From IMG/VR virus record IMGVR_UViG_3300045988_067909: 64,000 nt of DNA. One strand, 5' to 3'. This DNA comes from a virus. Position numbers and translations under genes: made by a program. The notes below the pieces were generated by a model that ran no database searches, was not told the origin of the DNA, and saw only the letters and a list, made by a program, of their open reading frames with translations. Below, one piece after another: positions 9,215 to 18,500 of the stretch. The number at the start of each line of letters is the position of its first letter. The first letter of the stretch is position 1.

Positions 9215-10392
9215 TGTATGATCGTATAGATGCGGTTACATTTAAGATATCTGAATATTGTAATCTAGACTGTGTATACTGTTTTCAAAAATATGATACT
9301 AAGACTAGATATGATGGGTTTACTGATTTTGATCAGCTAGTTAAGTTCTTAAGAAAGATGCCATTAGGGGATACTTTAGAATTCAAAGTTACTGGTGGAG
9401 AATCTAGTCTTCATTGTGATAAGATTAGAAGTGCTTATAGAAAGCTTAAGAAACTAGAGCGTTATAAGAACGTAAACATAGAGTTTACGACCATTTCTAA
9501 TGGCACCAATATAGATGGGTTGACAGAACTCTGGAATGATGGTATACTAAATCCATGGGGATGTAAGATATCCTGGGATGGGGTTTATAGTGCATCTAAA
9601 TCACGTAAAGTAAAAAATAATTCTTATGATGATGAGTATTTTAAAGATATCATTCGTAAGCTAGGTAAGTCTGACTATAGAGATAAAGTCTTAGTTAGAA
9701 CTGCTTTAACACCAGATACTGTAGACGAACTATATCAAGCATATAGATTTGCTATAGATAATGGCTGTACTAAATGGGAATATTATTTACTTAGTGATTG
9801 TGATGAATACAAAGATCCAAAGTTCATAGAGAGACTAAGACCACAACTATATCATATATACAATGATAGTAAAGACTTTCCTGAATCTATTGTAGCTAAT
9901 CTAGATTCTATGGCTTATGTACATACAGACTTATCTGATGCTACAAAGTTAAGATGTATTAGCTGTAGACATCTTGGTCATTTCTTGCATATAGATATAC
10001 ATGGTAATATATACCCTTGTGGATACTTCTCTGATGATTCCTATTATGATGACCAAACATTATCTATAGGGGACATTTACTCGGGTTTAGATAAATATAA
10101 ATTAGAGAAGTTTTGTGATGAGTATAATAATCTTCCCATGTGTAGCATACAAGATGGGTGTGAATGTTTACATTGTTTTGAATGTCCTGCTATTAGTCAC
10201 CTATACTACAACAATATGCAGTATAAGCTAGGACAACAATGTAAGATTAGACACTTAGAACTAGACTTGTATAGAGAGATATTCTCAGACTACACATTCG
10301 ATATGTCTCGTATACAAAGAAACTTTAATGTGTATAATGAACTTGAGTACCACAAGTGTGGATTATGTGAATCCCTTCCATTCAAAGAATAG
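9214..10392 (+). CDS. radical SAM enzyme 3 with a Cys-rich twitch/SPASM-like C-terminus
   Basis: TAATG overlap start. CxxxCxxC (CNLDCVYC) at nt 9259-9282. 'VTGGESS' motif. C-terminal CISCRH...PCGY...CSIQDGCECLHCFECP cysteine cluster. Confidence 0.8.
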   Translation: MYDRIDAVTFKISEYCNLDCVYCFQKYDTKTRYDGFTDFDQLVKFLRKMPLGDTLEFKVTGGESSLHCDKIRSAYRKLKKLERYKNVNIEFTTISNGTNIDGLTELWNDGILNPWGCKISWDGVYSASKSRKVKNNSYDDEYFKDIIRKLGKSDYRDKVLVRTALTPDTVDELYQAYRFAIDNGCTKWEYYLLSDCDEYKDPKFIERLRPQLYHIYNDSKDFPESIVANLDSMAYVHTDLSDATKLRCISCRHLGHFLHIDIHGNIYPCGYFSDDSYYDDQTLSIGDIYSGLDKYKLEKFCDEYNNLPMCSIQDGCECLHCFECPAISHLYYNNMQYKLGQQCKIRHLELDLYREIFSDYTFDMSRIQRNFNVYNELEYHKCGLCESLPFKE

Positions 10393-10418
10393 TATATTTT
10401 TATTTCGGAGGGACTTAT

Positions 10419-10571
10419 ATGACCAAATTAGATAGAGAGCTCAGACGTGCAGTAATTAAAGGTAAGATCCTTAGTACGGCTAAAACTATCATTGTAAATC
10501 CTAAGTTTTTAAGAATAGTTCCTAAAATAATTTCTGTTATCTTTAGACTACTTAAGAAAAGATTTTTGTAA
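10419..10571 (+). CDS. small basic protein (50 aa, MTKLDRELRRAVIKGK...IISVIFRLLKKRFL), not in the ORF track
   Basis: GGAGGG RBS 7 nt upstream of the ATG. Followed directly by a hairpin terminator. No Cys, so it is not a precursor peptide. Confidence 0.35.
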   Translation: MTKLDRELRRAVIKGKILSTAKTIIVNPKFLRIVPKIISVIFRLLKKRFL

Positions 10572-10587
10572 TAAAGAGACGTTATAA

Positions 10588-10615
10588 TCCATGGGTGACC
10601 AACCCATGGATTTTT
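10588..10615 (+). terminator. intrinsic terminator ending the rSAM operon
   Basis: tccatgggtgaccaacccatgga hairpin followed by TTTTT. Confidence 0.7.
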
Positions 10616-10660
10616 AACACTCTTATAATTTGAACAAATTCTTTCATTGGAGGTAATATA

Positions 10661-12121
10661 ATGGCAAAACTACATGATACCAGTGTAACTGGTAATATTA
10701 ATGCCTCGGGTACTATATATGCTAATGGTAAGGCAGTTGCACCATTAGATCATACTCATTCAGTACAAGCTATAACTGGTTTAGACAAATCAGTAAAAGA
10801 TATAGTAAACGCTACACCTGTAGCTAATGCAACAAATGCAACACAATTAGCAGGTAAGACAGCAGACCAATATGCACTAAAGAGTGATTTAACTGCTTTA
10901 GGTGAACGCTTAAATCAAATTCAGTATTCTATAACTAAAGCATTTAAGTGTCCTAACTACGTATCTTTTAGTTACGATAATAACTTTGTTAAAATTACAT
11001 TGAGTGATAGAATGGCTAATATCACAAATAAAGCAATTATTGTCGAAGATGATACTATGAAGTTTGTAATCAATTTATTTAGTCAATCCAATTTTAGTCT
11101 CTATAATAAGATAATTATTAAAGATAAGGTTGATGTTGATAAATACTACGACTACAGTGTTACTATGCCTACCATATACAGAGTTTCTGATACTACTTTT
11201 ATTGTGGGTGGTATTTGTACAACTAACGGTAATTTATTAGCATCCATCACTCTACAAAGTAATGAACCAATCACTGCTGATGATTTTACTATTAGTGCTA
11301 GAGATCAAGCATATAATCTAAATAATGCAAGTGCCAAAAAGGTTGTATCTAGTAGAGATCTTATTCCTCACTTTGCCGAAAAGTATATAGATACACAAAA
11401 ATTTGGTTATCTATATACTATTAAAAAACCAGGTACTTATGATAGACGTTTAGATCTTCATTTAGACTCTACAACTTCTACTGTATATATTTATACTTTA
11501 AATCCTATGAGTAATATGGCTTTAGGGGTTAATGGTAATGGTATAGTTTCATATAATGCTGCAAATGTTAGAAATGAACCTAGCGTTGCAATTAGCGGAC
11601 TAACTGTATATATTGACTTATCCACAATATCAGATGATTTTGTTATTTTGGGTGATTGTACTGCTACTTATAGCACAACAGGTTTGCTCAGCTCTACTCC
11701 ACCAAAAGATCTACCACAATCTATGGGTAGTAGTATTGATGAAAACCGTGCGTTATCTTTCAATAAAGTCTTAGATTTATTGGGTCGTAGTGTAACCATT
11801 AATGGTGCGATTTACGATACTAAATATGATATAAATATAAACAGATTATTGACATTTCCTGCAACGTATATTAATGACCAATCAGTCACTATAGGCAGCA
11901 TGTATAATACTATTACAGCTAGAGCTAATGGTGGTAACGCTGATACAGTTGGTGGATTATCACCTAACTCGTTTATCACTACTGATAATTTAGCACGTAA
12001 ATACTACTCTAAAGTTGCAGTATACGACAATGATAATCATCTTATTCATCCAGATGGTACTGAAGAATGGATCGAATATCAAAGACCACAAGCGTCTGAA
12101 GATAATATGGATCACTTATAA
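10661..12121 (+). CDS. tail-fibre-like / receptor-binding-like structural protein (486 aa)
   Basis: Strong RBS GGAGGTAATATA. The N-terminus (MAKLHDTSVTGNINASGTIYANGKAVAPLDHTHS...LAGKTADQYALKSDLTAL) resembles phage fibre N-terminal/coiled-coil anchoring domains. Sits directly upstream of a giant structural gene. Confidence 0.6.
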   Translation: MAKLHDTSVTGNINASGTIYANGKAVAPLDHTHSVQAITGLDKSVKDIVNATPVANATNATQLAGKTADQYALKSDLTALGERLNQIQYSITKAFKCPNYVSFSYDNNFVKITLSDRMANITNKAIIVEDDTMKFVINLFSQSNFSLYNKIIIKDKVDVDKYYDYSVTMPTIYRVSDTTFIVGGICTTNGNLLASITLQSNEPITADDFTISARDQAYNLNNASAKKVVSSRDLIPHFAEKYIDTQKFGYLYTIKKPGTYDRRLDLHLDSTTSTVYIYTLNPMSNMALGVNGNGIVSYNAANVRNEPSVAISGLTVYIDLSTISDDFVILGDCTATYSTTGLLSSTPPKDLPQSMGSSIDENRALSFNKVLDLLGRSVTINGAIYDTKYDININRLLTFPATYINDQSVTIGSMYNTITARANGGNADTVGGLSPNSFITTDNLARKYYSKVAVYDNDNHLIHPDGTEEWIEYQRPQASEDNMDHL

Positions 12122-12133
12122 TAGGAGACTATT

Positions 12134-15100
12134 ATGGCTAAATTAACTGATATAAAATATGTAATAAGTGCTAGTGGTAGAAGAGAAGAGATTTCTCTAT
12201 ATACCACAAAAGAAGAAGCTGGAGATATATGTAAAGGGTTTAAGTTACCAGATGGTACTAAAGCGTATGCTGCTATTGGTGATACTAAATCTAGACTAGC
12301 CACAATGAAGAGATTTAAAATCCAAGGTAAAGTATATGCTGCTTTAACTGAAGCTGAAAAGAAGAAAACTAAAGTTAAGAAAGTATATATCTTTAAAGCT
12401 GGTAGCCATAGATTTAAAGTACCATTCTGGGCTAAGAAAGTACACTATACACTTTGTGGTGGTGGTAATGGTATCATATCAACCAATGCTCCTATATTAG
12501 ATACTATAGAGAAAGATGGTATTACTGATAATAAAAGCATTATGATGGCTCGTAAGGTTAATGATGTTATGTATGCTACAATACCTTATATGGGTAGAAG
12601 TATAATGGGTACACCATCATCTATGTATGTAGAGAAGGAGTTCGAAGGTGATCCTGATTCTGGTTATGAAACATACACTGGTACGGATGAGACAAGAAGC
12701 ATAAATACTGCAAGTAGAGTGTATAATAATTGGCGTGGCGATGAAAGTAGCTGGATTATGCAGACAACTGATAATAAATCTAAAGGATTTTCTGTATATC
12801 AAGCTGATGCATCTGTCTATAATAATATGGGACAACATATTGAGACTACACCAGTTGTAACTAGAAAGAAAGTTGTTATAGCTCCGACTATGATAAATCC
12901 TGATATTGTAGATGATACCAATTATGATAACTTAGTTGACAGTATACTTGTAGGATTACCTTTGCCACCACCAATGGGCCCAGTGGAAAACGAAGGTGAA
13001 TATGTAAGACTAACAGCTATAAAAGATGATGCATCGTTTACTGTATACAATAAAGGGTTTAAAGCACTATATAATGTATACCCTAAGTCTGATATGGTAA
13101 AGATTACCGATATATCAAAGTTTATCAATGATACAATGGCTAAATATAAAGTCAATCTTGTTGATAAAGATATATATCACGATGAAGATAACTCTCTTAT
13201 GGTAAATTCATTCATCAACCAAGCATATATCTATAATACATATACACCATTTGATAAATTGTATTCTGCTGGTATAGCTATGTATAATGATGGGTCTACC
13301 CCACCATCTAGAACTGATTCTTTGATACAGTCTACATACGATACAGCATTCAATCAATTTAAAGCTAAGTCTACAGAATATAAGCAAAGATATGATAATG
13401 TAACTTACTATATGCGTAAACAGTTCTTAAATGGGACTATGTTTGATTATGATTATATGATGCAGCTTAAAGAAGCTGGTACATTAGATAATATGATCAA
13501 TTCTTCTATGCTATCTAATATGGATTTAGTTGATGGTGCATATGATTTTGCTACAGGGCATCATACATCCCCTAAATTGTCAGAAACACGTTTAGGTGCT
13601 AAGGAAGTTATATTTGATATCCAATGTTTAGATGGTGTAGTTAGACCGCTATCGATTAAGTATGGTGGCTCTCTTGTATTAGGATGGGATAAATACTTTG
13701 ATGATGCATATTGCTATGATATCGAAGATATAGACATCTACAGAGCAGAAGAGTTTACTAAACTATTTAACCCATTAAGTGGCAATATAGTTCCAAACCC
13801 ACTAGAGGGACAAGAAATAACTGGTACATGGGATGTATCTCCTGATGAGGATATAGTTATTGAAGTCGGTACTCATGGTAAGTTATATACTGAAGATATG
13901 GGATTTAAACTAAATAAGTATTTCCATGATCGTGATGCTGATGGTATTTGTATCTTAGAAGTCGAAGGAGATTTCGAAGATATAGATGATATTGATAATT
14001 ATATTAATGATAATATAAGATCTTTAACACCAGATCATTATAACCAAATGGTTATGCTAGACCCTATTAGTCGTGATATGTATCAAAGATATCTCAAATA
14101 TATCAATAACTACTCTGGTGATATAGATTTGTCTGCACAAGACACATTCACAGTTAAGAGATCTGCAGCCAGCCCAGCTTTTGTTAGTAATCTTAAATTA
14201 GTTGATGGTATGGCCACTGATAAAAATATAAATTTATATTATTCTAGTAGAACGCAAAAAGTGGAAAGCTTACCGAAAAGCAGTGATTATACTATTAAAG
14301 TATTTGGCTATGATATTGGTAAGACTACTGATTTATCTTTATTCCATAATTATATTGGTGCTTATGATGGCGTTAAAATGGATATAGCTGAAGATCTAAT
14401 ATCCAATCTATCCGAATATGTAAATTATAGTGGTAATGTATACCAAAGTGTAATACCTGTTAGAAACTACTATGCAGATAAAGAGCATACATTTATATTT
14501 AAAAATGCCAATACAATAAGCTATGCATTTATGCTTGGTGTCATAGACAGTGGGCATACGCCTAAGGTTAAACTAAACTATAATAAGGCTTTAGATGTGA
14601 CTGGTGCTTTAATCTTTACAAACACACAAGAGCTAGATTATAGATGGTATGTGTCATTAGGTTTATATATAAACCCATCTACCGCTAAGAATATTAATGT
14701 TAATGAACGAATGACTATATCATTCCCTAATGAAAATGCTATAAAGAATAAAAAAGTTAAGATATTTAAACCATGGGCTACATACGATCAATCTAAAGCG
14801 TATGTAAAATATATAGTTCCTAAAGATTATACAGCCAAATCTATCATAGGTATCGTACCATTGTTGGATAAGTCTATAGATAATGTATATATTGATATAA
14901 CTAATCTTAAAGACGAACCATATACTATATCTCCTATAGTGTCTAGTACACTCAATAAATTACCAAATGTGCATATTATAGACAATTCTGGTATAGCCGA
15001 GCGCAAATTTAATGGTTTATTTGGTTATGCTAAGAAAAACTATTTAGGGGCTGTTACATTAGCACCAACGGTTATGGATAATTTTGCCAGAAGTTCATCT

Positions 15101-15934
15101 GCAGACTTGAGTGATGTTATATTAAAGACATCTACAATTAAAAGCTTTGCTCATGCATTTAATGAGTTTAGTGGTAAATTTCCAAAGAATATAGATTTAA
15201 CCAGCGGTTCTAATTTTGAATCGTTATTCTATAATACTAATTTGGATAATATAACTATGGATAGCTTTGTAGATAGTACATATGTAGCCACAACTAGAGA
15301 AAGTGATAGATTGACAATGTCTTCGATGTTTACTACATTTACAGGACGTGATATATCATTCGATGTATGGGGCTTTCTAGTTAAAAAAGTAAAACTATTA
15401 GAGAAGCTCAAATCCTATGCATATGTAAATTTATATAGTATGCTAACTTATGTTCGAAGTATACCATTCTTTAGTTTTTATGAAATATATATGGCAGTTG
15501 CTGATGAAAAGTTCTATAACTTATCAGCTCGTGGAAATTTAGGTATTAATGGTATTGCAAATACTGCTACGTTTAAAGAACTAGAAATGCCTATACTTAC
15601 TGACAGTAACGGTCAGCTTAATAGAAAATTTTCATTGGATGCTTGTAATACAAACGGTATCGGTAAATTAGTATTTAGACAACCACCAAATCAAAATATA
15701 GCATCTATAGATTCGCTCAAGGTATCTATAACCGATATTAGATATTGTGGTGATTTTATTACTAAAAATAAACCAGAGTCAAATACTTATAAACTACCAA
15801 CTACTATTGTAGTTAGACTTCTTAGAGACAAAACTTCAATACCAGAAACAACTGAATCTATTGAAGCTATTAAGACTTTCTTAAACGCTACATACGCTAC
15901 ACCAAAAGAAAATATCTCTGTTATTTTTGAATAA
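12134..15934 (+). CDS. large virion structural protein (1266 aa), probably a tail/fibre component
   Basis: RBS TAGGAGACT. Begins MAKLTD like the preceding gene. Contains an 'LCGGGNG' segment similar to the 572-aa Cys-Gln protein. No enzymatic motif. Confidence 0.7.
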   Translation: MAKLTDIKYVISASGRREEISLYTTKEEAGDICKGFKLPDGTKAYAAIGDTKSRLATMKRFKIQGKVYAALTEAEKKKTKVKKVYIFKAGSHRFKVPFWAKKVHYTLCGGGNGIISTNAPILDTIEKDGITDNKSIMMARKVNDVMYATIPYMGRSIMGTPSSMYVEKEFEGDPDSGYETYTGTDETRSINTASRVYNNWRGDESSWIMQTTDNKSKGFSVYQADASVYNNMGQHIETTPVVTRKKVVIAPTMINPDIVDDTNYDNLVDSILVGLPLPPPMGPVENEGEYVRLTAIKDDASFTVYNKGFKALYNVYPKSDMVKITDISKFINDTMAKYKVNLVDKDIYHDEDNSLMVNSFINQAYIYNTYTPFDKLYSAGIAMYNDGSTPPSRTDSLIQSTYDTAFNQFKAKSTEYKQRYDNVTYYMRKQFLNGTMFDYDYMMQLKEAGTLDNMINSSMLSNMDLVDGAYDFATGHHTSPKLSETRLGAKEVIFDIQCLDGVVRPLSIKYGGSLVLGWDKYFDDAYCYDIEDIDIYRAEEFTKLFNPLSGNIVPNPLEGQEITGTWDVSPDEDIVIEVGTHGKLYTEDMGFKLNKYFHDRDADGICILEVEGDFEDIDDIDNYINDNIRSLTPDHYNQMVMLDPISRDMYQRYLKYINNYSGDIDLSAQDTFTVKRSAASPAFVSNLKLVDGMATDKNINLYYSSRTQKVESLPKSSDYTIKVFGYDIGKTTDLSLFHNYIGAYDGVKMDIAEDLISNLSEYVNYSGNVYQSVIPVRNYYADKEHTFIFKNANTISYAFMLGVIDSGHTPKVKLNYNKALDVTGALIFTNTQELDYRWYVSLGLYINPSTAKNINVNERMTISFPNENAIKNKKVKIFKPWATYDQSKAYVKYIVPKDYTAKSIIGIVPLLDKSIDNVYIDITNLKDEPYTISPIVSSTLNKLPNVHIIDNSGIAERKFNGLFGYAKKNYLGAVTLAPTVMDNFARSSSADLSDVILKTSTIKSFAHAFNEFSGKFPKNIDLTSGSNFESLFYNTNLDNITMDSFVDSTYVATTRESDRLTMSSMFTTFTGRDISFDVWGFLVKKVKLLEKLKSYAYVNLYSMLTYVRSIPFFSFYEIYMAVADEKFYNLSARGNLGINGIANTATFKELEMPILTDSNGQLNRKFSLDACNTNGIGKLVFRQPPNQNIASIDSLKVSITDIRYCGDFITKNKPESNTYKLPTTIVVRLLRDKTSIPETTESIEAIKTFLNATYATPKENISVIFE

Positions 15935-15941
15935 GAATATA

Positions 15942-15978
15942 CCCAGTATAGTCAATGACTATACTGGGATTTCTTTTG
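15942..15978 (+). terminator. intrinsic terminator (cccagtatagtcaatgactatactggg + T-run)
   Basis: Perfect 9-bp stem. An identical 27-nt hairpin recurs at 31262-31288. Confidence 0.7.
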
Positions 15979-15993
15979 TCCAAGGATATTTAT

Positions 15994-16009
15994 AGTTATA
16001 TACTATAAT
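15994..16009 (+). promoter_or_regulatory. copy of the recurring promoter-like motif AGTTATATACTATAAT
   Basis: Member of an 11-copy motif family, all in intergenic regions upstream of + strand genes. Confidence 0.55.
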
Positions 16010-16015
16010 GATGAT

Positions 16016-16033
16016 AGTGATAATTGTATCACT
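16016..16033 (+). promoter_or_regulatory. inverted repeat AGTGATAattgTATCACT just downstream of the promoter motif (candidate operator)
   Basis: TGATA/TATCA half-sites. A related palindrome GATGATAATTATCATC follows the promoter copy at 24326. Confidence 0.35.
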
Positions 16034-16072
16034 CTTATATTATTTATTTTCCACCAAAGGAGGTTAGAAATT

Positions 16073-16411
16073 ATGAATTACTATATTATGCAACAAATGA
16101 TGTGGATTGTAAAACCTAATGAAGAAACCGATCCAGATTATTTAAAAGTTTATGATAAGATATTTATTGGTGAAGATGTAGCTGAGTATTGCTTAAATAT
16201 GGCAGCTAAAACCAATGAAGAAATCGGTGCTATTGTAAATAGTATTAAGAATCAAGATTTGAAAGATAATGTAGCAGATACATTAAATCAAATCAAAGAA
16301 ATGTATCCTGATTCTGCTATTACGACAATATTAATATTAGATGATGATGTATGTACGATCGTATATGATTTCATCATCAAGGCTTCAGTGATTGATAAAA
16401 TTACTGAGTGA
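16073..16411 (+). CDS. small hypothetical protein (112 aa)
   Basis: RBS AAAGGAGGT. Compact spacing. Confidence 0.7.
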   Translation: MNYYIMQQMMWIVKPNEETDPDYLKVYDKIFIGEDVAEYCLNMAAKTNEEIGAIVNSIKNQDLKDNVADTLNQIKEMYPDSAITTILILDDDVCTIVYDFIIKASVIDKITE

Positions 16412-16422
16412 GGTATAATATC

Positions 16423-16761
16423 ATGGCACGCCTATATAATGTGACTATAAGTTTAATTGTATATGACCCTGATATTCCTGGGAGTGAACGAGAATCTTTA
16501 TATGAAGTTATTTCTCGTTATAAATCATTAGAAGAGGCTAATCGTATACTAGATGAAGCAGTCGAAAGATCTATAGAAGATCTTAAGAATGAAGAAGTTG
16601 ATTACGATCTAGGAACTGATATGCTTCTTAATGATCGTAAGAGAGACATATATCAGAAACATACGAGAAAGGCTGAACGTGTAGTAGTTATAGTTCATGG
16701 AAATAAAATATACATATGGGAGATATGGAAGTCCCCACAATGCACTACAGATTTCCACTAA
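16423..16761 (+). CDS. small hypothetical protein (about 112 aa)
   Basis: The track start 16408 is a GTG. The ATG at 16423 has RBS GAGTGAGG upstream. Confidence 0.65.
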   Translation: MARLYNVTISLIVYDPDIPGSERESLYEVISRYKSLEEANRILDEAVERSIEDLKNEEVDYDLGTDMLLNDRKRDIYQKHTRKAERVVVIVHGNKIYIWEIWKSPQCTTDFH

Positions 16762-16773
16762 GGAGGCATTTAT

Positions 16774-17073
16774 ATGCAAAGATATAGAGTCATAACTGAC
16801 ACATACTTATTTAATCATGAAGATGGTTTATTGGATCAGAACCCATTTAGACAAAACTATGTGATAGATGATCTTGATGATATTGATTATGCTATTCAAT
16901 ATGAAAAAGATAAATTGATACACTTTTATGGGGATGAAGAATACCCTAATCCAGATTCCGATCTTAATGATAAGATTGATGAACTTTTAGACCGTATTGA
17001 GTCTTTAGATAAACCACATAGTACGACATATATCGGTACAGATCGTGTGGTTCATATATTTATAGCTTTCTAG
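16774..17073 (+). CDS. small acidic protein (99 aa)
   Basis: RBS TAAGGAGG. D/E-rich. Confidence 0.7.
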   Translation: MQRYRVITDTYLFNHEDGLLDQNPFRQNYVIDDLDDIDYAIQYEKDKLIHFYGDEEYPNPDSDLNDKIDELLDRIESLDKPHSTTYIGTDRVVHIFIAF

Positions 17074-17086
17074 GAGGAATACTATT

Positions 17087-17431
17087 ATGTCTGATAAATA
17101 CATCGTTGTAAAAAACACATTCGAATACGATTACAAAGAACAAGTAATCACAACTGATGATTATGAAGCAGAGATCGATAATAAGATCTATAATTTCGAT
17201 ACAGGTAAGAAAGTCATTCAAGAAGAGTATAATGCTTTATATGAGCAAACAGAACTCAAAGATGAACCTGAAACTGAAGAAGATGAAATCCGTACTAAAG
17301 AAATGGATGAACTAGAAGACATCTTGAATGATGGTGATGACTTACCTGGGAACTTTGTATTCCGTGGTAAAGATAAAATTTACCAATGGTATCTCTTTGA
17401 ACTAGAAGAAGATACAGAAGACGAAGAATAA
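17087..17431 (+). CDS. small highly acidic protein (114 aa, about one-third D/E; C-terminus LEEDTEDEE)
   Basis: RBS TAGGAGGAA. Extreme acidity suggests a possible DNA mimic. Confidence 0.7.
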   Translation: MSDKYIVVKNTFEYDYKEQVITTDDYEAEIDNKIYNFDTGKKVIQEEYNALYEQTELKDEPETEEDEIRTKEMDELEDILNDGDDLPGNFVFRGKDKIYQWYLFELEEDTEDEE

Positions 17432-17438
17432 ATATATA

Positions 17439-17523
17439 CATTCTTAATACTATTATCACATGGTATTAAGAATGGTGTGTAGTATACTGGGGCTTTCCCA
17501 GTATACTGCATTTATTTTTTTTT
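17439..17523 (+). terminator. double-hairpin terminator (cattcttaatac...gtattaagaatg, then agtatactggggctttcccagtatact + long T-run)
   Basis: Two consecutive perfect stems, then a T-run of 12 or more. Confidence 0.7.
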
Positions 17524-17536
17524 GTATAATGATTTG

Positions 17537-17552
17537 AGTTATATACTATAAC
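17537..17552 (+). promoter_or_regulatory. promoter-like motif copy AGTTATATACTATAAC (a weaker TTGTATAAT sits at 17521-17533)
   Basis: Motif family member, 58 nt upstream of ATG 17610. Confidence 0.5.
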
Positions 17553-17609
17553 TATAGATAGATACATCATCTATCAAAGTATATATTATTTTATTAAGGA
17601 GGTTTTATT

Positions 17610-17933
17610 ATGGAATATGCTATCGCTAAAGAAGTATATGAGTATAACCCAGAAGTAAAAGAATTTGAATTAGTCCCTGGTAGCGTTGATAATGTGGTTG
17701 CTGATGGATTAACCATGAAAGAAGCAGTAGACTTTATTGAGTCTAATGCTAAACCTGAGCTCTTGTCTACAGTAGATATACCATGTAATGATGATCATGA
17801 AAGATTCTTAGGTTTTAAATTGAGCTGTAAGCTAGACAGACTCGGCAACGGTAGATCTATAGCCGAAGGACATCGTGTAGTACATTGGCGTATTATTCCT
17901 TGTCTTACAATGGATTTAAACAAAGACCAGTAG
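17610..17933 (+). CDS. small hypothetical protein (107 aa)
   Basis: RBS AAGGAGGT. Confidence 0.7.
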   Translation: MEYAIAKEVYEYNPEVKEFELVPGSVDNVVADGLTMKEAVDFIESNAKPELLSTVDIPCNDDHERFLGFKLSCKLDRLGNGRSIAEGHRVVHWRIIPCLTMDLNKDQ

Positions 17934-17943
17934 GAGGGTACTT

Positions 17944-18315
17944 ATGAATACGAAATATTTGATTATAACTAAAGAGCTACGTTATAATCGTATTAAAATA
18001 GGTGTAACTGAGAAGCTTTGTAGTGTAGTTGGGTATGAACCATATGTTTATCCTAGCAGAGAATATGCTATTGAAGAGCTAAATACATTAGACGCAGGTG
18101 AGCTTACTGATAATGAATTACCAGTAAAGATTAGTCAAATACGTAAGCATTTAAAAGATGTAGATAAAGATATGCTAGATATCTTTAATGATGCTATACG
18201 TATTCCTAAAGACCCAGAAAATAAAGAATTTAAGTTACAGAATGTAGCTATAGATAATACTAGCGGTGCGTTAGTTATTAGATGGTCTGAAATAGCTGAA
18301 GTCTTTGAAAAATGA
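17944..18315 (+). CDS. small hypothetical protein (123 aa)
   Basis: RBS TAGGAGGG. Confidence 0.7.
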   Translation: MNTKYLIITKELRYNRIKIGVTEKLCSVVGYEPYVYPSREYAIEELNTLDAGELTDNELPVKISQIRKHLKDVDKDMLDIFNDAIRIPKDPENKEFKLQNVAIDNTSGALVIRWSEIAEVFEK

Positions 18316-18333
18316 TTAGTTAATAAAAATTTT

Positions 18334-18349
18334 GGTTGTATAATATAAC
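18334..18349 (+). promoter_or_regulatory. promoter-like motif copy GGTTGTATAATATAAC followed by a 5'-UTR hairpin (aggaatgtgtattagctaagcacattcct)
   Basis: Motif family member upstream of the first adhesin gene. Perfect 9-bp stem at about 18351-18379. Confidence 0.5.
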
Positions 18350-18500
18350 TAGGAATGTGTATTAGCTAAGCACATTCCTTAGTATATTATGCAAATTTAC
18401 AGTTTAGCTAATTAAATCCAAGGAGGGATATAAAATCCTATAATACGCTCAAAATATTTTAAATTTAAGAATTCTAATTGTGTAAAGAAAGAGGTTTATT

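Noticed and set aside
12112-12303. Minus-strand 63-aa ORF overlapping the tail-fibre gene junction
   Set aside because: Antisense to two strongly supported genes, with no RBS.
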